This document shows positions 1-8,715 of a stretch of 64,000 nucleotides of DNA, in pieces. The notes beneath the pieces are model-generated. The model did not search any database. It worked only from the letters and a program-made list of their open reading frames with translations, and was not told the DNA's origin. This DNA is from Myxococcales bacterium (lineage in GTDB: Bacteria; Desulfobacterota; Binatia; HRBIN30), in the NCBI GenBank assembly GCA_037445065.1, contig JBBILD010000001.1:195753-259752 (forward strand). Reading direction: 5' to 3'. Within the stretch, counting starts at the first letter, position 1. Every line of letters starts with the position of its first letter. Position numbers and translations under genes: made by a program.

Positions 1-1
1 G

Positions 2-265
2 GAAGCGTTCCGCGCACGCTATCCGAGCCTCAAGCTCCACTTGTTTTCTGCGCGTTCGACGCGCTCGTTCTGGCAAGGCTGCTATCGGCCGGGCGATGCG
101 CTGGTGTTCGGCAGCGAAAGCCGCGGCTTGCCGCGGGAATTGCTGGCCGCTTACCCGGAGGATACGTACGTAATCCCGATCTCGCATCCGAACGTGCGCA
201 GCTTGAACTTATCCAACGCTGTTTCGATTGTGTTGTACGAAGCCTTGCGGCAAAGCCTATTGTGA
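2..265 (+). CDS. trmL: tRNA (cytidine/uridine-34 2'-O)-methyltransferase, SPOUT family (5' truncated by window edge)
   Basis: Frame is open from position 2 (EAFRARYP...). SpoU motifs LVFGSESRGLP and IPI...VRSLNLSNAVSIVLYEALRQ. Confidence 0.9.
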   Translation, partial: EAFRARYPSLKLHLFSARSTRSFWQGCYRPGDALVFGSESRGLPRELLAAYPEDTYVIPISHPNVRSLNLSNAVSIVLYEALRQSLL

Positions 266-268
266 CGC

Positions 269-1342
269 ATGCACCCAGAGCACGAGCTGGTTCTCGATTT
301 TATCGCGCAGCCGGAGGCGCAGCGTTTTAACGAATTGGCTCTCGCTGTTTTTCGCCATCAGTTCGAGGCGATCCCGGAATACCGCCGCTGGTGCGTGCAA
401 CAAGGTGTTCGCCCAGAGGACGTGACCGACTGGCGCCACATCCCGCCGCTTCCGGCGGTGGCTCTCAAGTACCGGCAGTTCTCCTGTGGCGAGCCGGAGC
501 GTGTGTTCCTGAGCAGTGGGACCACGCAAGGAACTGAGCGGCGGAGCCGCCACGCGATGCCCGATCTCCAGTTGTACAGAGCCTCGGCACTAGCTGGGCT
601 CAAACGGTACTTGTTCCCGGACCTCGAGCGAATGCAGATTGTTTCTTTGATCCCGAGTGCGGAGGAGTGGCCACACTCCTCCTTAGCTCAGATGGTGAGT
701 TGGGCCGTGGAGGAATTCGGGGTTCCGGGGAGCGGTTTCTTCGCAGCCGCGAATACGTTCGACTTTGTCCGCCTGCGCGAGCAGCTCGAGACGAGCAGTG
801 CGGCAGGAGAGGCTGTGTGCTTGATGGCAACCACGGCCGGCTTAGTGCGGTTCTTGGATCACTGCCAAGCGGCGGGATGGAGCGTGCGCTTGCCGCACGG
901 CAGCCGCGTCATGGATACCGGCGGGCAAAAAGGAGTCGAACGCCCGCTTTCCCGCCGAGGTTTGCTCCACGCAATTTGGCAGGCCCTCGCAGTCCCGGGT
1001 TACTTCGTGGTCAACGAGTACGGCATGAGCGAACTTTCCTCCCAGTACTTTGACAGTGTGATCGCGGATCGCTGGTCGGGCAAACTTCTACCACGCCGAA
1101 AACTGGCACCACCTTGGTTACGAACCCGCGTACTCGAACCCGTCAACATGCGAGAAGTTCCTCCTGGAGAAGTTGGTTTGCTGTGCCACGTGGACCTTGC
1201 CAATGCCGGCTCCGTGTTGGCGCTTCTGACCGAAGACCTCGGGCGCTTGGTAGACGGCGGGCTCGAGGTGGTGGGACGGGTCGCGGGTGCCGAGCCGCGA
1301 GGGTGTTCGCTGGCCACCGGGGACTTTGTCGAGGGAGCGTGA
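269..1342 (+). CDS. LuxE-like acyl-protein synthetase (ANL/PaaK superfamily)
   Basis: FLSSGTT P-loop-like motif, MDTGGQKG, NEYGMSELSSQYF, LLTEDLG, and C-terminal GRVAGAEPRGCS carrying the LuxE acylated Cys. Confidence 0.85.
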   Translation: MHPEHELVLDFIAQPEAQRFNELALAVFRHQFEAIPEYRRWCVQQGVRPEDVTDWRHIPPLPAVALKYRQFSCGEPERVFLSSGTTQGTERRSRHAMPDLQLYRASALAGLKRYLFPDLERMQIVSLIPSAEEWPHSSLAQMVSWAVEEFGVPGSGFFAAANTFDFVRLREQLETSSAAGEAVCLMATTAGLVRFLDHCQAAGWSVRLPHGSRVMDTGGQKGVERPLSRRGLLHAIWQALAVPGYFVVNEYGMSELSSQYFDSVIADRWSGKLLPRRKLAPPWLRTRVLEPVNMREVPPGEVGLLCHVDLANAGSVLALLTEDLGRLVDGGLEVVGRVAGAEPRGCSLATGDFVEGA

Positions 1343-2688
1343 GCAACGTTGTGGGATGGACGCCGAGAGCATCCTCTCGCATCCCGCGTGTGGGCGGCAT
1401 GTGCATGAATCACGGAGCGCACTCGGGGCCCCAAAATTCGGCACCGCCCCTGGAGGAAAGCCGAGCCATCTGCGGGCGCTTGGAGCGGTTGCGCTGGGCC
1501 GCTGGCCGTCTACGCCAACGGCCGCTTCGACAGAGGTTGGCTGCGCTTGAACGAGTTCGGGCGCAGTGGCTAGCCCCCGGATCGAGCTGGCTGGAGCGCG
1601 CTACCACCGAGATCGCAGCTGCCACTGGTTTTCATCCAAACATGGTGCGCCATGCGTTGCCTTTTCACTTCGAACCTCTCCACCCTGCACAGGTGCGCAA
1701 GTTGATGCGCGAAGAACTTAGCGCCTCACTGCGCGCTCGCAGCGGCGCAAGCCCTTCCCCAGAGATCATCGTTTTCGTGCTTGCTGGGAATCTTCCCGGC
1801 TTGGCGATTTGGCCTGCGTTCCTCGGCCTCGCGGTGGGCGCTGGTGTTGTGCTGAAGCCTGCAGCGGGGGACCCGGTATCTCCGTGGCTCCTGCTCGAAT
1901 CCATTCGCTGCGCCGCTCCGGAGTTGGCAGAAGCGGTCTGGGTGTTTGCGTGGCGCGGCGGGGACCGCGTGGTCGAAAAGGCGTTGTTCGCAAAGGCGGA
2001 TCTGGTGGTGGCGCAAGGAAGCGACGCGACCGTCACGGCCCTCGCCTCTTGGGTGCCGTGTCGCTTTTTGGGATACGGCTCGCGCTTGAGTTGCGCATTC
2101 GTGGCTCGAGAGATCCTGGAGCAGCGGCGCTGGCAACGAGTCGCAGCTCGCCGCTTGGCTACCGACGTGACGATTTGGGATCAAAGAGGTTGCCTTTCCC
2201 CGCACGTGTGTTTCGTGGAGTGCCAGAGTCCCCACGACCTAGACTCATTCGGGGAATTGGTGGCTGCAGAGTTGCACCGCCTAGCGTGCATCTTGCCGCC
2301 CCGCCGGCGTACGGCTTGGGAGCAAGCTGCGGTGCGGTCCTTTCGCGATCAGGCGCTATGGTCTGGGGCGAGGTTGCTTGGTAGCGAGGCCGACCTGGCA
2401 TGGTCGCTGGCGATCGAGCCGGAAGCAAGTGTGCAGGCGACTTGCGGTGACCGCTGCGTTCGCGTGCAGCCTGTAGCCAATCTCGATGCACTGCGGGCCG
2501 CAATCGAGCCGCACTGCGGGACTCTCGAAGCTGTGGGGGTAGCGGTGGGGCGGAGGCGGCACGCGCAGGTGGTGGAGACGCTGCGTGGTGCTGGAGTTGC
2601 GAACGTGGTGCGGCTCGGGTCCATGCAGCGCCCCACGCTCGCCTGGAAGCCAGGCGGCCGTCCGCGGATCGGTGAATGGTTTGTGTGA
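1339..2688 (+). CDS. LuxC-like acyl-CoA/acyl-protein reductase (aldehyde-forming, ALDH fold)
   Basis: FVLAGNLP, VVAQGSDATV, LGYGSRLS, and WDQRGCLSPH with the catalytic Cys. GTG at 1339 overlaps the upstream TGA; ATG at 1399 or 1405 are alternative starts. Confidence 0.82.
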   Translation: MSNVVGWTPRASSRIPRVGGMCMNHGAHSGPQNSAPPLEESRAICGRLERLRWAAGRLRQRPLRQRLAALERVRAQWLAPGSSWLERATTEIAAATGFHPNMVRHALPFHFEPLHPAQVRKLMREELSASLRARSGASPSPEIIVFVLAGNLPGLAIWPAFLGLAVGAGVVLKPAAGDPVSPWLLLESIRCAAPELAEAVWVFAWRGGDRVVEKALFAKADLVVAQGSDATVTALASWVPCRFLGYGSRLSCAFVAREILEQRRWQRVAARRLATDVTIWDQRGCLSPHVCFVECQSPHDLDSFGELVAAELHRLACILPPRRRTAWEQAAVRSFRDQALWSGARLLGSEADLAWSLAIEPEASVQATCGDRCVRVQPVANLDALRAAIEPHCGTLEAVGVAVGRRRHAQVVETLRGAGVANVVRLGSMQRPTLAWKPGGRPRIGEWFV

Positions 2689-2698
2689 GAGAGCGCTC

Positions 2699-3901
2699 AT
2701 GACCGAACGGAGTCTACGGGAAACGTTTTTTCGCCATGTTTGCCAAACCTCGCCGGAGCCGCTGGGAATCGAGGTGGTGAAAGCGCAGGGAAGTCGAATC
2801 TGGGATCGTCAAGGTCGGGCCTACCTCGATCTGCTTGCGGGGATGGGAGTCGCGAATCTCGGTCACAACCACCCGTCCGTGGTCAGGGCAATCGCGGAAC
2901 AAGCGAGCAGGTACCTTCACGTAGCGGTGTACGGGGAAATGGTTCTCGAACCTCAAGTGCGACTCGCGGAGACCTTGGCTGAAGTGAGCCCGGGAGAACT
3001 CTCCGTGGTGTATTTTGCCAACAGTGGCGCCGAGGCGATCGAGGGAGCGATGAAGGCAGCACGGAAGTTTACCGACCGCTCGCGCTTCGTTGCGTTCGAG
3101 GGGGCCTTTCACGGAGACACGCTGGGGGCACTGTCCTTGAACGGAAACCCGTTGTACCGAGAGCCGTTCGAGCCCCTGTTGCCGGTGGTGGACTTCCTGC
3201 CGTACGGGTCGTCCGAGGTTTTGGGCCGCATTGGGCACGACGTGGCGGCGGTCATTGTGGAGCCGTTGCAAAGCGAAGGAGGTGTGCGCATTCCTCCGGA
3301 TGACTTCTTGCCTTCGTTGCGCGAGCGCTGCCGGGAGGTGGGTGCGCTTTTGGTATTCGACGAAGTGCTCACGGGTTTTGGACGTACCGGTAAGTTGTTT
3401 GCCTGCAACCACTGGGAGGTGACGCCAGATATCCTGGTCCTCGCCAAAGCACTTGGTGGGGGCCTTCCCTTGGGTGCCTTCGTTGGCACGGCGGAGGTGA
3501 TGCGCACTTTGGGAGAGAATCCACCTTTAGCGCACGTCACCACGTTCGGAGGACACCCTCTCAGTTGCGCGGCTGGCTTGGCGGCGTTGCGGGTGTTGCT
3601 GGAGGAAAACTGGATCCAGCGAGCCGCACGGGTCGGCGAGCAGTGGCGCAGGGATCTCGAACGAGCGCTGGCCGGTGCCGTGCGGGAAGTCCGGGGGCGC
3701 GGGATGTTGGTAGGGATCGAGTTCGATACTGCGGAGCGCACGCGCGCTTTTGCCCGCGAGTGCCTAGCCCGTGGACTAATTGCGAGCGGGACCTTGCACT
3801 GTGACAACGTGCTGCGCCTGCTGCCCCCGCTCACAATCGAGGAGGGAGAACTGGAATTCGCCACGCAAGTCATGGCAGAGGCAGCACGTCAGATTCGGTA
3901 G
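2699..3901 (+). CDS. Class III PLP-dependent aminotransferase (acetylornithine/omega-aminotransferase family)
   Basis: YLDLLAGMGVANLGHNHP, NSGAEAIEGAMK, FHGDT, FDEVLTGFGRTG, LAKALGGGLP (PLP Lys), TTFGGHP. Confidence 0.9.
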   Translation: MTERSLRETFFRHVCQTSPEPLGIEVVKAQGSRIWDRQGRAYLDLLAGMGVANLGHNHPSVVRAIAEQASRYLHVAVYGEMVLEPQVRLAETLAEVSPGELSVVYFANSGAEAIEGAMKAARKFTDRSRFVAFEGAFHGDTLGALSLNGNPLYREPFEPLLPVVDFLPYGSSEVLGRIGHDVAAVIVEPLQSEGGVRIPPDDFLPSLRERCREVGALLVFDEVLTGFGRTGKLFACNHWEVTPDILVLAKALGGGLPLGAFVGTAEVMRTLGENPPLAHVTTFGGHPLSCAAGLAALRVLLEENWIQRAARVGEQWRRDLERALAGAVREVRGRGMLVGIEFDTAERTRAFARECLARGLIASGTLHCDNVLRLLPPLTIEEGELEFATQVMAEAARQIR

Positions 3902-3917
3902 AGGAGTCCTGCACGCA

Positions 3918-5147
3918 ATGAAGGCGCTGGTTGTCACGAACAATATCCCGCGGATCGCCGTTACCAGGCTGCTCGCTGCGTTCACGCCGCGGGCGTATGT
4001 GAGCGCCGTGGCGCCGCTGGCTCTGCGTGACTTGCCTGTTCCCCCGCTGCGACCACGCTGGGTGCGAATCCGTACGGTTCTCTGTGGCCTGTGTGGCAGC
4101 GACTACAAACAAGTGTTCCTAAAAGGAGCGATGGACAATCCCATGACCGCGGTCATTTCGTGGCCCCAGGTGCTCGGTCACGAGGTGGTCGGTGTGGTGG
4201 AAGAGATCGGCAGGGAAGTCGATCCGGCTTGGCTCGGCAGGCGCGTCGTCTTGAATCCATGGCTTTGGTGCGAGGTGCGCGGGATCGAGCCCGCTTGTGA
4301 ATGGTGCCGGAACGGTGACTACGCGCAGTGCCGGAACTTCACGCGCGGTACGATCGCGCCTGGGATTCATCATGGAAACAGCCGCGACGCCACCGGTGGT
4401 TTTGCCGAGCTGGTGCCCGCGCACGTGGCACAGTTAGTACCGATTCCCGATGCGGTGAGTTTCGACCGCGCGGTGTTGGCCGATCCGTTCTCCGTGTCTC
4501 TGCACGCCACCCTGCGCAACCCTCCGCCTCCGAATGGCACGGCTGTGGTGTATGGTTGTGGTACGCTGGGCCTGCTGAACGTGGCGATTCTGCGGTTGCT
4601 GTTTCCGGGGGTGCGTGTGCTTGCCGTGGCGCGGTATCCGCACCAGGCTGAGCAAGCGGTTGCCTTCGGAGCACAGGAAGTGGTGCCTTGGCGTCCCCTG
4701 CCTAGCCTGCTCGAGCGGATTGCGGCGGTCACTGGTGCCGAGTTGTTGCAGCCTTGGCGTGGGTTGCCGATGTTGGACGGTGGTGTGGATGTCGTCTACG
4801 ATTCCGTAGGCTCTCCGGAGACAATCGAAGTCGGTGTCCGGATCACGCGCAGCCGGGGGAAGATCGTAGTCACGGGAGTCGAAATGCCCCGGCGCTTCGA
4901 GTGGACCCCGCTGTACTTCAAGGAGATTTCCTTGGTGGGATCCAATGCATTCGGCGTGGAAGAATGGGAGGGACGGCGGCAGCATGCGATGGAGTGGTAC
5001 CTGGAGTGGGTACGAGCGCGAGATCTCGATCTGACTTCGATCATCACCCATCGCTTTCCGCTGAGCGCTTACCGGGACGCGTTCCTGGCGTGCTTCGATC
5101 AGGGCCGTTCCCGCGCCATCAAAGTGCTGTTTACCTTCCCGCACTAG
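3918..5147 (+). CDS. Zn-dependent medium-chain alcohol dehydrogenase (MDR)
   Basis: CGSD and GHEVVG catalytic Zn ligands, four-Cys structural Zn site (C..CEWC..C), and GCGTLG NAD-binding motif. GAGGAG RBS upstream. Confidence 0.9.
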   Translation: MKALVVTNNIPRIAVTRLLAAFTPRAYVSAVAPLALRDLPVPPLRPRWVRIRTVLCGLCGSDYKQVFLKGAMDNPMTAVISWPQVLGHEVVGVVEEIGREVDPAWLGRRVVLNPWLWCEVRGIEPACEWCRNGDYAQCRNFTRGTIAPGIHHGNSRDATGGFAELVPAHVAQLVPIPDAVSFDRAVLADPFSVSLHATLRNPPPPNGTAVVYGCGTLGLLNVAILRLLFPGVRVLAVARYPHQAEQAVAFGAQEVVPWRPLPSLLERIAAVTGAELLQPWRGLPMLDGGVDVVYDSVGSPETIEVGVRITRSRGKIVVTGVEMPRRFEWTPLYFKEISLVGSNAFGVEEWEGRRQHAMEWYLEWVRARDLDLTSIITHRFPLSAYRDAFLACFDQGRSRAIKVLFTFPH

Positions 5148-5168
5148 GCCGCGCGTGCTCTAAAGCTT

Positions 5169-5570
5169 GTGACCTTCGCTGATTACCTGCACCCCGTTGT
5201 CGGTGGCTTGTTCCTCGCCCTGTGGTGGGTTGGGGGTAGCCTGGGGCTCAGGGCTCGCCGGGCGCGGCCGGGTGTGCGTGCTCAACTGCTGCGGCGCCAC
5301 GAGTACCTGGCGCGCCTTGCCAGCGCCGGGCTCGCGGTGGCCTTTGCGAGCGGGATGGTCGCGGTTCTCTTTGGCCGCGAGGACCTGGTAGTCGGGTCTA
5401 CGACCCACTTCAAAGTGGGCAGCGTGCTGGTGTTGGTCGCGGGCCTACAGTGGATCAGCTCGCAGCAGATGCACCGGCCGTGGGTGCGGTCCGTGCACCC
5501 GTGGATTGGGGCCTTTGGCATGCTGCTCGGCGTAGCGCATGTCTTCTTTGGCCTGCAGCTTACGCGATAA
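5169..5570 (+). CDS. Small 4-TM membrane protein with helix-associated His residues (DUF4079/cytochrome b561-like, tentative)
   Basis: Four hydrophobic segments, His in LHP, RRHEY, TTHFK and SVHPW. Co-oriented 21 bp after the MDR gene. Confidence 0.6.
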   Translation: MTFADYLHPVVGGLFLALWWVGGSLGLRARRARPGVRAQLLRRHEYLARLASAGLAVAFASGMVAVLFGREDLVVGSTTHFKVGSVLVLVAGLQWISSQQMHRPWVRSVHPWIGAFGMLLGVAHVFFGLQLTR

Positions 5571-5575
5571 AGAGC

Positions 5576-6808
5576 CTACTCGTAACGCAACGCGGCGATC
5601 GGATCGAGTTGGGATGCTTTCCATGCCGGGTAGTAGCCGAAGAAGATCCCGACGGCTCCGGAAAACATGATTCCACCGACCACTGCTAGGGGTGACAGTA
5701 GTGTTGGCCAGTGGGCCAGGCTGGCGATCAGGAAAGACGCTGCGATGCCGAGCACTGCCCCGAGCAGCCCACCGGCGCCACTCAGCAACACCGCTTCGAC
5801 GAGGAACTGCAGCAGAATGTGCTTTGGCTTGGCGCCTACGGCCATGCGAATGCCGATTTCTCGCGTGCGTTCGGTCACCGAGACGAGCAGGATGTTCATG
5901 ATGCCGATGCCTCCGACGAGAAGAGAGATGGAGGCGACAGCGAACAGCAAGTGGGCCATCGTGCGGCTAGCGGTTTCGGAAGCGCGTGCCATATCCTCGA
6001 GGTTGCGTACGGTGAAGTCGTCCTCCTCACCGAGGGGAATGCGGTGGCGTTCGCGCAAAAGCAGGCGGATTTGTTCGGCAGCGGTGGCCATTTCCTCCAG
6101 GCGGGTCGCGGACGCAAAAATCAGGTCCACGACTCCAGGCCACTGCGTCCCGAGCAGGCGCCGCTCGGCGGTGTTGAACGGAACCACGATCAGGTCGTCT
6201 TGATCTTGCCCCCAGGCGGTCTGCCCTTTGCTCGCCAGGACGCCGATCACTTGTAGGGGTACATTGCGCACTCGGATCGTGGCCCCAACGGGATCCTGGC
6301 CGGGGCCGAACAGTTGCTCGACGACCGTTTGTCCGAGCACGGCGACCCGAGCCGCAGCTTCGTCCTCGCGCTCGGAAAAAAACACGCCCCGCTCCACTGG
6401 CCAGTCTCGGATTGCTGGGAACGATGCGTTCGATCCCTGCAACACGGTGCTCCAGTTTTGTTCCGCATGGATGACTTGAACGATTTGCCTGCGTACGTAG
6501 GTGACTCCCGCGACCGCAGAACACTCCCGCTCGATGGCACGTGCGTCCGCCACCGTCAGCGTGGACACGCCACCCCAACCAGACCGCACTCCCGCGCTGG
6601 TGGTGGCGCCCGGCACGATCATGAGCAGGTTGGTCCCTAGACTCCGAATTTGTTCCTGCACGGCTGCGCTCCCGCCCTGCCCAATGCTGACCATGGCAAT
6701 GACCGCGGCAACGCCAATGATCACGCCCAGCATCGTCAAGGCCGAGCGGAGTTTGTTGCGCCGCAGTGCGGATAGCGCAGCAGCGAAGCTCAGGCGCAAG
6801 AGTTTCAT
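5576..6808 (-). CDS. MacB/FtsX-family ABC transporter permease
   Basis: RNKLRSALTMLGVIIGVAAVI, VGGIGIMNILLVSVTERTREIGIRMAVGA, and C-terminal LDPIAALRYE. Confidence 0.95.
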   Translation of the reverse strand: MKLLRLSFAAALSALRRNKLRSALTMLGVIIGVAAVIAMVSIGQGGSAAVQEQIRSLGTNLLMIVPGATTSAGVRSGWGGVSTLTVADARAIERECSAVAGVTYVRRQIVQVIHAEQNWSTVLQGSNASFPAIRDWPVERGVFFSEREDEAAARVAVLGQTVVEQLFGPGQDPVGATIRVRNVPLQVIGVLASKGQTAWGQDQDDLIVVPFNTAERRLLGTQWPGVVDLIFASATRLEEMATAAEQIRLLLRERHRIPLGEEDDFTVRNLEDMARASETASRTMAHLLFAVASISLLVGGIGIMNILLVSVTERTREIGIRMAVGAKPKHILLQFLVEAVLLSGAGGLLGAVLGIAASFLIASLAHWPTLLSPLAVVGGIMFSGAVGIFFGYYPAWKASQLDPIAALRYE

Positions 6809-7509
6809 CCTCCGACCCCTACCTGCCGGCCATCGTGCACCACCCGACCATCGCGAAATTGAACGACGCGCTGTGCATAAGCGGCGATGTCGGGTTCGTG
6901 GGTGACCAGCACGATGGTGAGACCTCGCTCGCGGTTCAAGCGTTCGAGGAGGAGCATGAGGTCGCGGCTTGCAATCGAGTCGAGATTGCCCGTGGGCTCG
7001 TCTGCAAGCAAGAGGCGTGGCTCGGTGACGAGCGCTCGCGCAATCGCAACCCGTTGCTGTTGGCCTCCGGAAAGTTGGCTCGGTAGGTGGTGTTCACGGT
7101 CGGCCAGACCGAGCGACGCGAGCATGGCACGGGCGCGGGGCTGCTGCTGCGCGAGTGGCAAATCGCTGTAGAATAGAGGTAATTCGACGTTCTCCAGGGC
7201 GGAGGCTCGCGGGAGCAAGTTGAAGTTTTGGAAAACAAAGCCGATGAACCGGTTTCTGAGTTCGGCTCGCCCATCCGCCGAGAGGTGACTCACCTCTCGC
7301 CCGGCGAGCCGATAGCTGCCCCGCGACGGGCGGTCCAAACAACCGAGGATGTTGAGAAAGGTAGACTTGCCGGACCCCGAAGGGCCAACCACGGCAATGA
7401 ACTCGCCTGGAGCAATGGTCAGCGACACTTCTCGCAACGCAGCGTGCTCGAGGTCCCCGGCCGAGTAGACCTTCCACAAATCGCGTACTTCAACGAGCGG
7501 CTCGTTCAT
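6805..7509 (-). CDS. ABC transporter ATP-binding protein (MacB/LolD type)
   Basis: Walker [10 protein letters not shown], signature [15 protein letters not shown], Walker [13 protein letters not shown]-loop VTHE. Confidence 0.95.
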   Translation of the reverse strand: MNEPLVEVRDLWKVYSAGDLEHAALREVSLTIAPGEFIAVVGPSGSGKSTFLNILGCLDRPSRGSYRLAGREVSHLSADGRAELRNRFIGFVFQNFNLLPRASALENVELPLFYSDLPLAQQQPRARAMLASLGLADREHHLPSQLSGGQQQRVAIARALVTEPRLLLADEPTGNLDSIASRDLMLLLERLNRERGLTIVLVTHEPDIAAYAQRVVQFRDGRVVHDGRQVGVGG

Positions 7510-7518
7510 CTTCCGCAA

Positions 7519-8715
7519 TTAGCGAAAGCGGAGCGGGCCACCGAGCACAGGTGGTCGCGAACGCTCGGGCCCCTCGCGTGCGAAGCCGATCGCAAGCTGA
7601 TCGCCCGTGCGCAGCGGACCGGACACAAGTTCCGCATAAATGTCGTTGCGAATACCGAGCGTGACATCGACCGCTTCGATGCTGCCATTGCGTACGACCC
7701 AAACCCGCGAGGATGTGGACGGTACCGGCGCCTGGGGTGCTCCTTCCGTGCTGGCTTTTCCGGGACGGAAGCGGAGGGCGCTCAGGGGAACCCGGATGAC
7801 CGAGTTCTTTTCGGTAGTAACGATGGTCACGGTTGCCGTCATGCCCGGTTTGAGCGAGAGGTCGGAGTTGTCCACGCTGAGCACCACGTCGTAAGTGACC
7901 ACGTTCTGCACTACCGTTGGTGCATTGCGTACTTGGACCACCGTGCCCTCGAAGCGCCGCTCGCCATACGCGTCCACCGTGAAGGTGGCCCGCTGCCCCT
8001 CACGAACCTGGCCAATATCGGATTCGCTGACTGCCGCGTTCACTTGCATCTTGGTGAGGTCGTCGGCGATCAGGAAGAGGGTAGGCGTTTGAAAACTTGC
8101 GGCGACCGTTTGGCCGACGTTTACGTTGCGGGATACCACCACGCCGTCGACCGGCGATACAATGTCGGTGTACGCTAGATTCACTTGCGCGTCGTCGAGT
8201 TCTGCCTCTGCCTGGGCCACCGCCGCCTGTGAGAGAAGGACCTGTGCCCGCGCTTGTTCGTAGTCGCTTCGCGCTTGATCCAAGTCACTGCGAGCGATGA
8301 GATCACGTGCGAACAAGCGTTGGTATCGTTGGTAGGTGAGTCGCTTGAGGGAGAGATCAATGCGGTCCTTTTCCAGTTTGGCCCGCGCGTTCTCGAGGCT
8401 CGCCCGCGCTTTGCGCACTTTGACCTCAAAAGGGGCGGGGTCAATCTTGGCTACCCGCTGATTGCGCCGCACGGGTGAGTTGAAGTCCACATCAATGGCG
8501 ATAATCCGGCCAGAGACGTAGGTGCCAACCTGCACGGTGGTGACTGGGTTCACGGTTCCGTTTGCGGTTACTGTGGTGACGATCGGACCTTGGTCAACGA
8601 CCGCTGTACGGTAGGTTTCTGCAGGTTGTTTCTGACTTCGCACCCAGAAAGCGGTGAGGGAGAGCGCGGCTGCCACCGCCGCAGCTACGCTGATGGCAGC
8701 AAGGCCGCGCCTCAC
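7519..8715 (-). CDS. MacA-like periplasmic adaptor (membrane fusion protein)
   Basis: N-terminal TM, GTVNPVTTVQVGTYVSG, coiled-coil hairpin, IVSPVDGVVVSRNVNVGQTVAASFQTPTLF, LKPGMTA. GTG at 8715 overlaps the upstream TGA. Confidence 0.92.
   Translation of the reverse strand: MRRGLAAISVAAAVAAALSLTAFWVRSQKQPAETYRTAVVDQGPIVTTVTANGTVNPVTTVQVGTYVSGRIIAIDVDFNSPVRRNQRVAKIDPAPFEVKVRKARASLENARAKLEKDRIDLSLKRLTYQRYQRLFARDLIARSDLDQARSDYEQARAQVLLSQAAVAQAEAELDDAQVNLAYTDIVSPVDGVVVSRNVNVGQTVAASFQTPTLFLIADDLTKMQVNAAVSESDIGQVREGQRATFTVDAYGERRFEGTVVQVRNAPTVVQNVVTYDVVLSVDNSDLSLKPGMTATVTIVTTEKNSVIRVPLSALRFRPGKASTEGAPQAPVPSTSSRVWVVRNGSIEAVDVTLGIRNDIYAELVSGPLRTGDQLAIGFAREGPERSRPPVLGGPLRFR

Noticed and set aside
2699..3901. 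Aminotransferase as HpnO (aminohopanoid synthesis)
   Set aside because: Same broad class, but about 25 kb from the hpn operon and embedded in another operon; no HpnO-specific feature can be shown by eye.
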